Shown here: positions 1-9,026 of the stretch, piece by piece
Numbering within the stretch: the stretch's first letter is position 1
How the letters are laid out: each line of letters starts with the position of its first letter
Source: Thermoproteota archaeon
Lineage (GTDB): Archaea > Thermoproteota > EX4484-205 > JAAOZP01
NCBI GenBank assembly: GCA_049700215.1
Contig: JBNAVT010000023.1
Span: 1 to 32,498 of the forward strand
Direction: 5' to 3'
DNA: 32,498 bases
The notes under the pieces: generated by a model
What the model was told of the DNA's origin: nothing
The model's input: the letters and a program-made list of their open reading frames with translations, nothing else
The model's database searches: none
Made by a program: the position numbers and the translations under genes

Positions 1-2
1 CA

Positions 3-872
3 TCAAACTCTTAACCCATGTAGCGAGCTCCTCAAAGCCTCAAGCTGGTTGACCTCAATGTGCATGTATTCTGCGGCAGACCCTAAGGCTACGCCCATTT
101 TTTCAGCCTCCTCAAACAGTTCTCCGAAATACTTCCTCCACTCCAAGTCTCTCAGCAGGTGATGGTCAAGAATCACCACAGAAGGACGCGCCTGACTCAT
201 TATCCTCCTAATGTTTCTAAGGCTTGCCTCAAGCTCCTCCACTGTGAAGTTTAGACCGAGCATGTACGTAGATGGGCCGTCTATGAAAATCGTGCGAGGC
301 TTCCTCCAGGTCACGAACTTAACCTGGTGGTCTAGGGGGAAACCCTGCACGTCGCTAGTGAAGAGAAAACTGTCAGAGGAATCCTTTACGCTAAGCTGGA
401 CAACGTAGCCCAGCTGGGTATCCGGGCCGTGTGGAACAGGGTTGGAGAACTCGAGCCTCGTCCCGCCATACACATACTCCTTTCCGTCGGCAACCATAAC
501 CTGAGCCGCGATCGGCTTAATCCTCTCAAGAAATATTCTTGCCCTACTCTTCTGGCTGAAGTTTATCATGTTCTCCGGATCCTTAACTATGACTATTCTA
601 CCCCCGTAGATATCCTCGAGAAACCTCGTTGAACTATGATGATCATAGTGATAATGTGTTACTGCAACAACCTCGCATTCCTCTGCCAAGGAGGCTATTC
701 TCCCCCAGCACTCCTCCAGGAGGCTGAGCTCCTTCGGGTGCGGCGGAAGCCCGTATCTTCGAGGCGCTACTGCTGCAGCAGGGTCTATGATTAGCTTCAG
801 ATCACGGGTCTCGACAAGAGTAGCCATGCTTCTAATGCCCATGGAGTCGAAGCATATCGGGCTTATCTTCAA
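3..872 (-). CDS. Metallo-beta-lactamase-fold hydrolase, archaeal UPF0282-like
   Basis: 289-aa ORF, TTG start. DSMGIRSMAT N-terminus, THYHYDH (HxHxDH) metal motif, PHG, SDVQG, DGP and DHHLLRD motifs. The stop overlaps an ATG at 3..1 (TGATG), so another gene probably follows beyond the window edge. Confidence 0.88.
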   Translation of the reverse strand: MKISPICFDSMGIRSMATLVETRDLKLIIDPAAAVAPRRYGLPPHPKELSLLEECWGRIASLAEECEVVAVTHYHYDHHSSTRFLEDIYGGRIVIVKDPENMINFSQKSRARIFLERIKPIAAQVMVADGKEYVYGGTRLEFSNPVPHGPDTQLGYVVQLSVKDSSDSFLFTSDVQGFPLDHQVKFVTWRKPRTIFIDGPSTYMLGLNFTVEELEASLRNIRRIMSQARPSVVILDHHLLRDLEWRKYFGELFEEAEKMGVALGSAAEYMHIEVNQLEALRSSLHGLRV

Positions 873-967
873 TCTTCTGTTCTGATTACTCCTACGGCTT
901 AAATAAAACTTTTCGAGAGATATGGATCTAAATAACGCGGCCGGCTTCTAATGGTTATCCCTATTTT

Positions 968-1294
968 TTACTCTGCGCCTTTAACCCACTTTGAGAATTC
1001 TAGTGCCCTTTTTAAAACACCCTTCTTGACGAGTGAGCAGTATACTTCCCTGCCCTTCTTAACGGTTTTAACTAGGCCAGCGTTCTCGAGAATCCTTATG
1101 TGGTACGACACCGTTGGCTGGGAAAGGTTGAACTTCTCCACGATTCCTGTTATCATCATGCTCTCGCCCTCTATTATAGAGAGTATTCTGAGTCTGGTTG
1201 GGTCAGCTAGCGCCTTGAACACTTTAGCCGCATGCTTGAATGCTTCTTCATCCTCCTTTTTAATTGACAATTCTATATCGTTAATAAATCCCAA
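968..1294 (-). CDS. ArsR/SmtB family transcriptional regulator
   Basis: FKALADPTRLRIL ... LSQPTVSYHIRILENAGLV winged-HTH signature. The real start may be the TTG at 1270, because the TTG at 1294 lies inside the promoter palindrome. Confidence 0.9.
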   Translation of the reverse strand: MGFINDIELSIKKEDEEAFKHAAKVFKALADPTRLRILSIIEGESMMITGIVEKFNLSQPTVSYHIRILENAGLVKTVKKGREVYCSLVKKGVLKRALEFSKWVKGAE

Positions 1295-1319
1295 AGATTA
1301 ATATATAAATCTTTTGGAT
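1288..1319. promoter_or_regulatory. 32-bp imperfect palindrome over the arsR TATA box (probable autoregulatory operator)
   Basis: ATCCCAAAGATTAATATATAAATCTTTTGGAT; 14 of 16 symmetric pairs match. The minus strand contains AAAAGA-TTTATATA (BRE-TATA). Confidence 0.65.
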
Positions 1320-1404
1320 ACTACTTAATGGATAGAAAATACTGATAAAACCTTTCCAAAGGCTTAAAAACAGGCTTAAGTTAAATATTTAAAAGCAGCT
1401 ATTA

Positions 1405-2835
1405 TCATCCCCTTACAAGTTCACCTACAAGCCTGTTTCCAGAGTCGTAGAGCAGGATTCTAAGGGGCATTTCACCTATGGCGTGGGTTGCGCAGCTTAG
1501 GCAAGGATCCAGGGCACGCACAATAGCCTCAACCCTGTTCAGCATTCCCTCGCTGAGGCTCCTGCCGTTAACGTATTTTTTAGCAACTTGGGTCACAGCC
1601 CTGTTGAAGGCAAGATTATTGTTAACAGTAGCAATTATCAGGTTCACCCAGCTTATCCTACCCTGTTCGTCAACCCTATAGTGGTGAATCAGGGTTCCCC
1701 TGGGGGCCTCCACCACCCCCGTGCCCTCCCTCCTGTTAAGAGAAGCCTTAGCCTGAACATTCGGGTCTATAACCTCAGGGTCCCTAAGGATCTCATCAGC
1801 CTTCTCCAAGCAGAAGACTATTTCGATCAGACGGGCGTAGTGGTACATGAAGGTATTTTGAACAACCCCGTTGCCACCCAGCTTCTTAAACTCTTTAAGC
1901 AGGTCGTCTGCAAGCCTCGTCCCGCAGCGCGTGGAAACGTTGAGCCTAGCCAGTGGGCCCACCCTGTAGGCGCCGCCAGGATAGCCAGCAGGCTTATAGT
2001 ATGGAAACTTCATGTACGACCAGTCTTCAACAGCCTCCCCAATGTACTCGAAGTATCTAGAAGGATCCAGCTGGTCTGCAACTATCCTTCCATCCGGGCT
2101 CATTATCCTTATCCTGCCGTCGTAGTGCTCAAGCCCACCATCCTGCGTAACGAGCCCCATGTAGTAGGTTGGGAAGTCGCCGAAGTTTTCAACATCACCC
2201 CTTAGGCTTTCAAGCGTTTCCCTGAAGACTGAGACAGCGTTCAAAGCAATCTCAACAGCCTTGGGAACGCCTGAGAGAATCCTGTCAGCACCCTCTTTCG
2301 AAAGCGGTGTTTTCACACCCCCCGGGACAATCCAGTCGCTCGAATGAATCCTCTTACCTGCGAGGCTTTCAATAATGCTCTGCCCAAACTTTCTAAGCAA
2401 CACTCCCTGCTTAGCAATCTCAGGATACTTCTCAGCCAGCCCCAGAATGTTCCTCTTAGAAGGGTCTGAATCCATGCCGAGAAGGAAGTCTGGCGAGGAA
2501 AGGTAGAAGAAGCTTAAAGCGTGAGACTGTATTATTTGACCCATGTGCATCAGCCTGCGCAGCAGTACCGCTGTCCTAGGTGCTTCAACAGCGACGAGAT
2601 CGTCGCAGGCTTTCGCTGAAGCCAGCAGGTGGCTTACTGGACATATGCCGCATATTCTTGAAGTTATGCCAGGCATTTCGTAGAACGGCCTGCCCTCGCA
2701 GAATTTTTCAAACCCTCTGAAATCAGTGACGTGGAACCTGGCCTCCCTGACGGAGCCGTCATCGTCAAGGTGTATCGTTATCTTCGCATGTCCCTCTATC
2801 CTTGTGACGGGGTTGACAACAATCTCCCTAACCAT
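1405..2835 (-). CDS. hoxH: Group 3d bidirectional [NiFe]-hydrogenase large subunit
   Basis: PVTRIEGH, L1 motif RICGICP, EAPRG, L2 motif DPCLSCATH followed by a 25-aa cleavable extension. Last gene of the hoxEFUYH order. Confidence 0.95.
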   Translation of the reverse strand: MVREIVVNPVTRIEGHAKITIHLDDDGSVREARFHVTDFRGFEKFCEGRPFYEMPGITSRICGICPVSHLLASAKACDDLVAVEAPRTAVLLRRLMHMGQIIQSHALSFFYLSSPDFLLGMDSDPSKRNILGLAEKYPEIAKQGVLLRKFGQSIIESLAGKRIHSSDWIVPGGVKTPLSKEGADRILSGVPKAVEIALNAVSVFRETLESLRGDVENFGDFPTYYMGLVTQDGGLEHYDGRIRIMSPDGRIVADQLDPSRYFEYIGEAVEDWSYMKFPYYKPAGYPGGAYRVGPLARLNVSTRCGTRLADDLLKEFKKLGGNGVVQNTFMYHYARLIEIVFCLEKADEILRDPEVIDPNVQAKASLNRREGTGVVEAPRGTLIHHYRVDEQGRISWVNLIIATVNNNLAFNRAVTQVAKKYVNGRSLSEGMLNRVEAIVRALDPCLSCATHAIGEMPLRILLYDSGNRLVGELVRG

Positions 2836-2850
2836 TTTTTCAACATCCTC

Positions 2851-3384
2851 CTAACCATACTTGAACCTGCCCTCTAAAACAGGAGTCCTGCCTTCGAGAA
2901 GCTCGTTTAAAACCTGGCTTATCAACTCAGCGTTCGGCGGGCATCCCGGAACATAAACGTCAACATTAACAACCTCGTTCAAAGCAAGAACCCTCTTAAG
3001 GAGCCTAGGCACCTGTTCTGGAACACTCTGGTTAAGGCTTGCGTTTTCAACGTATGCCCTCCTCAAAACCTCTTCATCGCTGTTCCTCAAGCTGTTTCTC
3101 AATGCCGTCACGTTCCCGTTTACAGCGCAGTCGCCAAGGGCTACGAGAACCCTGCTGTTCCTCCTAATCTTTTTCAGAAGCTCAAGCTGCTCCTCATTCC
3201 CAACCGCACCCTCAACAAGCGTCACGTCAACGTTCTCAGGAAAATCCTTAACGTCAGCGATTGGACTGTAGACAAGCTCCGCCCTCCCAGCAAGCTCAAG
3301 AATCTTCTCATCCTGGTCGAGGAAGGACATGTGGCATCCTGAGCAGCCGCTCAGCCAGACCGTCGCCAGCCTAATTTTAGCCAA
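2851..3384 (-). CDS. hoxY: Group 3d hydrogenase small subunit with one proximal [4Fe-4S] cluster
   Basis: 177 aa; WLSGCSGCHMSFLD, GDCA and PGCPP motifs; no distal cluster domain, as is typical of HoxY. TTG start abuts the hoxU stop. Confidence 0.95.
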   Translation of the reverse strand: MAKIRLATVWLSGCSGCHMSFLDQDEKILELAGRAELVYSPIADVKDFPENVDVTLVEGAVGNEEQLELLKKIRRNSRVLVALGDCAVNGNVTALRNSLRNSDEEVLRRAYVENASLNQSVPEQVPRLLKRVLALNEVVNVDVYVPGCPPNAELISQVLNELLEGRTPVLEGRFKYG

Positions 3385-4104
3385 CTACTTCTCACTCCTC
3401 CTCTCCATTATAAACGAGACAAGATCCTTCTTCTTAACCTCTGAAAGAGGCTTACCCTTAACGTAGAGCGCTCCAACCGGGCATGACGCGGAGCACTTTC
3501 CGCAGGAGGTGCAGGACTGTGAGAAACCCCAGTTTTCATTAAGGTCGAAAATAACCTTAGAATTCTTACCCCTAAGCATCAGATCCAAGGTGTGCACGCC
3601 CTCAACCTCGTCGCAAACCCTGATGCAGCGCGTGCAGAGTATGCACCTGTTAGGGTCGTACGCGAACCTCTCGTGAGTAAGATCGACCTCATAATCCGTC
3701 CACTCCCTGTCAACCCTGAGGTGGTCGACACCCAGCTCAGTAGCAAGCTGCTGCAGCTCGCAGCTCCCGTTGGCCACGCAGACCGAGCAGACGTGAGGCC
3801 TCTCAGCCAAGAGAAGCTCCACCGCCCACCTACGGTAGCGCCTAAGCTTCTCGGAATCCGTAACCACCTCCATGCCGCCTGTAACCGGTGTGACGCATGA
3901 GGCGAAGACCCTTGGAGAACCCTTCAGCTCAACCACGCAGACCCTGCATCCGCCGAATGACGAGACTCCTTCAAGGTAGCATAACGCTGGAATATACAGC
4001 CCGTTCCTCCTAGCAGCCTCAAGAATAGTCTCTCCCTCTCTAGCAACAACCTTCTTACCGTCTATAGTGAGCTCCACGGGCTTACTCAACTCCACCGCCT
4101 CCAT
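3385..4104 (-). CDS. hoxU: Hox diaphorase Fe-S subunit (NuoG N-terminal-like)
   Basis: PALC-GGCRVC-ASC [2Fe-2S], HVCSVC-C His-ligated [4Fe-4S], CILCTRC-C and CTSCGKC-CP clusters. Likely start is ATG 4104 or TTG 4089 (GGAGG 8 nt upstream), not the ORF-track 4158. Confidence 0.93.
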   Translation of the reverse strand: MEAVELSKPVELTIDGKKVVAREGETILEAARRNGLYIPALCYLEGVSSFGGCRVCVVELKGSPRVFASCVTPVTGGMEVVTDSEKLRRYRRWAVELLLAERPHVCSVCVANGSCELQQLATELGVDHLRVDREWTDYEVDLTHERFAYDPNRCILCTRCIRVCDEVEGVHTLDLMLRGKNSKVIFDLNENWGFSQSCTSCGKCSASCPVGALYVKGKPLSEVKKKDLVSFIMERRSEK

Positions 4105-5734
4105 CGTTCCCGAAGCATTTGCCCGCGGGACACTTCTTCTCAACGACGTGCACAGCATACTCGTCCCTGAAGTACCTGAGCGTCGTCAGAGTCGGGTTTG
4201 GCGCCGTCTGACCCAGGCCGCATAGGCTAGCCTCCTTGATGAACTCGCACAATTCCTCAACCTTCGCAAAGTCTTCAACACTCCCCTCCCCACGCGTGAA
4301 GCCGTCCAGAATCTTGAAAAGCTTGTAAAGGCCGGCCCTACACGGAGTGCATTTTCCGCAGGACTCATCCACGCAGAACTCTGTGAAGAACTTCGCCGTG
4401 TCAACCATGCAAGAAGTGTCATCAAGCACAACTATCCCGCCGGACCCCATTATGGCACCCGCCTTAGTAAGAGACTCGTAGTCTATCGGGAGGTCGAGAA
4501 GACCCTCAGGAAGGAAACCGCCTGAGGGCCCGCCTACCTGAACAGCCTTGAAACGCCTGCCAGGCGCGACCCCCCCGCCTATGTCGAACACAACCTCCCT
4601 CAGAGTTATCCCCATGGGCACCTCGATCAAGCCAGGGTTGTTAACCTTGCCGGTTAGAGAGAAGCATTTCGTCCCAGTGCAGTTCTTGGAGCCTATGCTT
4701 GAGAACCATTCGCTACCCTTAAGCAGTATGACTGGAACGTTAGCGAGAGTCTCCACATTATTTATCAGGGTCGGCTTACCCCAGAGGCCTGACTGCGCGG
4801 GATACGGGGGCCTAGGCCTAGGCATAGCTCTACGGCCCTCTATCGATGCCAGTATTGCCGTCTCCTCACCTGCTACGAAAGCTCCCGCACCGAGCCTCAG
4901 CTCAACGTCGAAGCTGAAAGAAGTCTCGAAAATATTTTCACCCAATAGGCCCATTGTCCTCGCAGCCTCAATAGCCTTCTTAAGCGTCTGGACGGCCAAC
5001 GGGTATTCGCTTCGCACGTATATGTAGCCCTTCTGGGAGCCGACGGCGTAGGCAGCTATCGCCATGCCCTCCAGTATAGCGTGGGGGTCAGCCTCGGCAA
5101 GCGTACGGTTCGCGAAAACACCGGGGTCACCCTCATCCAGGTTTGCTATAACGTATTTCGGCGACCCGGGGGCTCTTGCAACATACCTCCATTTCAAACC
5201 CGTTAGGAAGCCGGCGCCACCGCGACCCTTCAACCCGCTTAAAGCAACCTCCTCAATCACACCCTGAGGAGTCATCCTGGTTAAAGCCTTGAGAAGCGCG
5301 TAGTAGCCTCCTACACCGATATAATCCTCTATTCTTAAAGGATCTATTTTACCAGCGTTCCTTAAGACGATCCTCAGCTGCTTCTTGAAGAAGGCTTCGT
5401 TACCGTAGAGCATGCTTTTAACAGGCCTGCCGCCGGCAATATGCTCCTTAACTATCTCCCTAGCCTTTTCGGGAGTAACGTTTTGATAAAGATAGTCACC
5501 CGGCTCCACGAGGACAGCCGGCGCTAGGGAACACGTTCCAACGCAGCCCGTTCTCGCAACGAAACACTCCTCCTCAACCCCGAATTCCCTCACCGCATCC
5601 TTGAAGGCGCTTAGAACCTTTAAAGATCCGAAAGGCATGCAGCCGCTTGAGCAGCAAACGTTTATCCTGTACCCGTAGGACTTACGGAGCTCAGACTCCT
5701 TCTGGGCGAGGCTGCGAAGCTCATCTGGCTTCAA
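4082..5734 (-). CDS. hoxF: Hox diaphorase flavoprotein subunit (NuoF-like, FMN/NAD-binding)
   Basis: N-terminal CCSSGC/GCVGTC thioredoxin-like [2Fe-2S] domain, GRGGAGF, DEGDPG, GEET, NNVET, GGPSGG, ESCGKCTPCR...CGLG [4Fe-4S], C-terminal H..CPAGKC. No extra C-terminal 2x[4Fe-4S] domain. Confidence 0.93.
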   Translation of the reverse strand: MKPDELRSLAQKESELRKSYGYRINVCCSSGCMPFGSLKVLSAFKDAVREFGVEEECFVARTGCVGTCSLAPAVLVEPGDYLYQNVTPEKAREIVKEHIAGGRPVKSMLYGNEAFFKKQLRIVLRNAGKIDPLRIEDYIGVGGYYALLKALTRMTPQGVIEEVALSGLKGRGGAGFLTGLKWRYVARAPGSPKYVIANLDEGDPGVFANRTLAEADPHAILEGMAIAAYAVGSQKGYIYVRSEYPLAVQTLKKAIEAARTMGLLGENIFETSFSFDVELRLGAGAFVAGEETAILASIEGRRAMPRPRPPYPAQSGLWGKPTLINNVETLANVPVILLKGSEWFSSIGSKNCTGTKCFSLTGKVNNPGLIEVPMGITLREVVFDIGGGVAPGRRFKAVQVGGPSGGFLPEGLLDLPIDYESLTKAGAIMGSGGIVVLDDTSCMVDTAKFFTEFCVDESCGKCTPCRAGLYKLFKILDGFTRGEGSVEDFAKVEELCEFIKEASLCGLGQTAPNPTLTTLRYFRDEYAVHVVEKKCPAGKCFGNDGGGGVE

Positions 5735-6239
5735 CCATCTCGGCCTCCATAACGGCTTTAACCCTCCTCAAGACCTCGCTGGGCACAGCTTTCCCGACAG
5801 TCTCACCGTCGACGATAGCGTTAGGAGCCATTGCACAAGCCCCGATGCATCTTGTTACGAAGAGCGAGAGCCTTCCGTCGCTAGTGGTGCCGCCACGCTT
5901 AAGGTTGAACTCTCTCTCAATGGCTGAAACAATGTTCTCAGCTCCTTTAACATAGCAGGCTGTCCCCATGCAAACCGTCACGACATGCGTCCCAGGCTTC
6001 TTCAGCTTGAAAAGGTTGTAGAATGTTGCAACCCCGTAGACGTGGCTCGGGGGAAGGCGGAGCTGTCTTGAAATATGCAGTAGAAGGCCCTTATCCAGAT
6101 AACCGTAGAGCTCCTGAGCAGTGTGGAGTATCTCGAGGAGAGCATCCTTACCATACTGATGCTGCTTAATAGCTGCTTCAAGCATCTGGAGGCGTCGATC
6201 GCTTTTCACTCCGGTTTGCTGAACCCCTGAATCAGGCAT
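5721..6239 (-). CDS. hoxE: Hox subunit E (NuoE-like [2Fe-2S])
   Basis: LHTAQELYGYL, VYGVATFY, CMGTACYVKG and CIGAC motifs. First gene of the operon. Confidence 0.93.
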   Translation of the reverse strand: MPDSGVQQTGVKSDRRLQMLEAAIKQHQYGKDALLEILHTAQELYGYLDKGLLLHISRQLRLPPSHVYGVATFYNLFKLKKPGTHVVTVCMGTACYVKGAENIVSAIEREFNLKRGGTTSDGRLSLFVTRCIGACAMAPNAIVDGETVGKAVPSEVLRRVKAVMEAEMVEAR

Positions 6240-6394
6240 TACACAGCCGTCGAAGGGGTCTTCAGACTAATATTTAAGAATTTGCCTAATTAGATTAACC
6301 GGAGCGCGAGCAATCTGAAGAGAAACAGGATTCTCAAACACGAGTTAAAGATTTATAAAAAAGTAGTGTAAACGATACTCGCCAGTGATATGGA
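6240..6394. promoter_or_regulatory. Divergent promoter region for the two hydrogenase operons
   Basis: Minus-strand TTAAATA at 6277-6271, about 32 nt before the hoxE ATG. Plus-strand AAAGA-TTTATAAA at 6347-6359, about 35 nt before ATG 6395. Confidence 0.65.
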
Positions 6395-7423
6395 ATGTCG
6401 TTCATAATAAGGAGGGAAGACGTTCCACATTTCTCCAGACACGTAATCTCAAGGGGCTACACTCTTTTCGCACCGGTTAAAGGAGAGTTTAGACACTTCT
6501 TCAGGAAGATCGACGAGGATCAGGTTGAAGATGTTTCGCTTGATTTCGTTAGAACAACCATGCCACCTTTAAAGAGCCTGCTAATACCCCCTAGGGAAAC
6601 CCTGTTAAGAATTAAAGACGGGAGGATTGAGGAGACGCTTCCCGACGCGACTAGTAGGACTGCAATCCTGGGTGTTCACCCCTGTGACGTAAACGCTATG
6701 AACCTCTTAGAGAGAGTATACATGGACCGGCCTAAGGATCCTTACTTCGAGGCTAGGAGGAAAAGCCTCCTCGTGATAGCTTTAAACTGTAAAACCGCTG
6801 ACGAATACTGCTTCTGCACATCCTTCGGGACGGGGCCCTCGCTTGAAGAAGGGTTTGACCTTCTCCTGACAGACCTGGGAGACAGGTTCCTCTTGGAGAT
6901 AGGCTCTAGGAAAGGGGCTGAACTGGCAAGCGACTTCTACATGCCTCGGGCCACAAGCACTGATATTCTGGAGAAGGATGATACGGTGAGGAGGGTTAAA
7001 GGCATGATAAGGAGACACGTGAACACTGCTGGTCTTCAAAGGATAATGACGGGAGCACTCTACAATCCTATTTGGAACGAGCTTGCAGGCATGTGCACAG
7101 GCTGCGGCGCCTGCAACATGGTTTGTCCAACATGCTTCTGCTTCAACATGATGGATGAGCCGGAGCTTGACTCTGGCAGTGTGGCAAGAACCAGAACATG
7201 GGACGGCTGCTTACTGTGGGAGTATGCTGAGGTAGCTTTGGGTGGAAACTTCAGGAGGGATCTGGCGGCAAGAATAAGGCAGTTTGTAAACCATAAGATG
7301 AACTATTGGCTGAACCAGTATGGCTCGCTTGGATGCGTGGGGTGTGGCAGATGCATAGAGCAGTGTCCCGCAGGAATAGACGTAACTAGGGTTGTAGCAA
7401 GGCTGAGAGGTGAGACACCATGA
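6395..7423 (+). CDS. hydB: Group 3b sulfhydrogenase beta subunit (AsrA-like [4Fe-4S] protein)
   Basis: GVHPCD, CFCTS, CTGCGACNMVCPTCFC and CVGCGRCIEQCP motifs. ATGA overlap with the next gene. Confidence 0.92.
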   Translation: MSFIIRREDVPHFSRHVISRGYTLFAPVKGEFRHFFRKIDEDQVEDVSLDFVRTTMPPLKSLLIPPRETLLRIKDGRIEETLPDATSRTAILGVHPCDVNAMNLLERVYMDRPKDPYFEARRKSLLVIALNCKTADEYCFCTSFGTGPSLEEGFDLLLTDLGDRFLLEIGSRKGAELASDFYMPRATSTDILEKDDTVRRVKGMIRRHVNTAGLQRIMTGALYNPIWNELAGMCTGCGACNMVCPTCFCFNMMDEPELDSGSVARTRTWDGCLLWEYAEVALGGNFRRDLAARIRQFVNHKMNYWLNQYGSLGCVGCGRCIEQCPAGIDVTRVVARLRGETP

Positions 7424-8259
7424 GCAGCGAGTTTGAAAACCCCTACATGCCTGCTTTCGCAAAGGTCATGGAGGTTAGGAACGAAAACAGTGTTACAAAG
7501 ACCTTCACAATGAGCATGCTAAACGGGGAGGCTCTAAGGTTCAGGCCAGGCCAGTTCGACATAGTATCATACTTTGGAGTTGGGGAATCAGCCTTCTCCA
7601 TCTGCTCAAACCCTGAGGAGAGAAACATGTTCGAAAACACTATAAGGAGGGTTGGCAGAGTCACCACAGCGCTTTTCAACGTTAAGCCTGGGGATGTTCT
7701 CGGAATCAGGGGGCCGTATGGGAAACCATGGCCGCTTGAGAAGGCTGCTGGGAACGACCTGATACTGATAGCGGGAGGCATGGGCCTGGCTCCGCTGAGG
7801 CCAGTAATACACTACATAGCTAGGCATAGAGACCTCTACGGTTCCGTGGACCTTCTTTACGGGGCTAGAACCCCGGACGACATGATATACACCTACGAGT
7901 TTGAATCGTGGAGAAAAATTCCCAATATGCGTCTCTATCTTACTGTAGACTATGTTCCTCAAAACGTTAAATGGGAACACGACGTGGGAGTAGTTACTGA
8001 GCTGTTAAGATATGTGAAGCCCCGGATGCGCTACACCACGGTCTTCATATGCGGTCCAGAAGTTATGATGAAGTTCGCTGCGCAGCTGCTGCTTAGAATG
8101 GGCTTCTACCCTTCTGAAGTCTATCTCTCGCTGGAGAGGAGGATGAAGTGCGGAATAGGGAAATGTGGACACTGCCAGATAGGCTACAAGTATGTTTGCA
8201 AGGACGGGCCCGTGTTCAACCTGGAGGAGATCGGGCTCCTCCCGGATGTGATTGAGTGA
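7420..8259 (+). CDS. hydG: Group 3b sulfhydrogenase gamma subunit (FAD/NAD(P)-binding, [2Fe-2S])
   Basis: FRPGQF, RGPYG, AGGMGLAPLR, GARTP, CGP and MKCGIGKCGHC..CKDGPVF motifs. Confidence 0.93.
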   Translation: MSSEFENPYMPAFAKVMEVRNENSVTKTFTMSMLNGEALRFRPGQFDIVSYFGVGESAFSICSNPEERNMFENTIRRVGRVTTALFNVKPGDVLGIRGPYGKPWPLEKAAGNDLILIAGGMGLAPLRPVIHYIARHRDLYGSVDLLYGARTPDDMIYTYEFESWRKIPNMRLYLTVDYVPQNVKWEHDVGVVTELLRYVKPRMRYTTVFICGPEVMMKFAAQLLLRMGFYPSEVYLSLERRMKCGIGKCGHCQIGYKYVCKDGPVFNLEEIGLLPDVIE

Positions 8260-8270
8260 GGTGGTTGAAA

Positions 8271-9020
8271 ATGGCGGACAAGCTTAAGGTTGGAGTCTTC
8301 AAGCTCACATCCTGCTCAGGATGCCAAATGGTTCTAGTCCACTTGGAGGAAAGCCTGCTTGAAGTTCTTAAGCATATTGATTTAAAGTACTTCAGAATGG
8401 TCAGCGACGATGATCTCCCAAACGAGCCTCTGGATGCAGCTCTTGTTGAAGGTGCTGTTACCAATGAGGAGGAGGCTGCGATGCTGAAAAAGATTAGGAG
8501 GCTGTCGAGGTTCCTGGTTGCAGCCGGAGCCTGCGCAGCCACCGGTGGAGTCAACGCGATGAAGAACATTACTCCCGAGGGGGAGGTCGAAAGCATAGTT
8601 TATTCTTCGCCTGAATACGTGAGGTCTGGGAAAGCATTCGGGTTGAACGAATACGTCAAGGTTGACGCATACCTATACGGATGCCCTATAGATAGGAATG
8701 AACTCGTTAACACGCTTATGTCGCTAGTTCTGCATGCCCCGCCGTACATACCTGGTTTAACCGTATGCATGGAGTGTAAGATGAAGGGAAACGAGTGTGT
8801 TTTCCTCACGAGGAAGGAGCCGTGCCTCGGCCCAGTTACAGTAGGAGGCTGCGGCGCACTATGCCCCTCGAACAATGCGGCCTGTGAGGGGTGTAGGGGT
8901 GTTTTGAAGGGCACTAACGTGAGTGGCTTGGTGTCAGCCTGGGAGAAAGCCGGAGTAAGCCCTGAGCTCATTCGGATTAAGCTCAGGAAGTACACTGCTT
9001 ACCCGGTTACGGGAGGGTGA
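8271..9020 (+). CDS. hydD: Group 3b hydrogenase small (delta) subunit
   Basis: LTSCSGCQ, GACA, GCP, CMECK..C, CLGP..GCGALCP..CEGCRG. ATG 8271 is preceded by GAGGTGG; the ORF track uses GTG 8256. Confidence 0.93.
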   Translation: MADKLKVGVFKLTSCSGCQMVLVHLEESLLEVLKHIDLKYFRMVSDDDLPNEPLDAALVEGAVTNEEEAAMLKKIRRLSRFLVAAGACAATGGVNAMKNITPEGEVESIVYSSPEYVRSGKAFGLNEYVKVDAYLYGCPIDRNELVNTLMSLVLHAPPYIPGLTVCMECKMKGNECVFLTRKEPCLGPVTVGGCGALCPSNNAACEGCRGVLKGTNVSGLVSAWEKAGVSPELIRIKLRKYTAYPVTGG

Positions 9021-9026
9021 TGCGGC

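Noticed and set aside
6347-6357. AAAGATTTATA shared between the hydB promoter and the arsR palindrome half-site
   Set aside because: It is simply a BRE-TATA consensus; a similar string occurs on the minus strand at 16976-16985. It is not evidence of a shared regulon.
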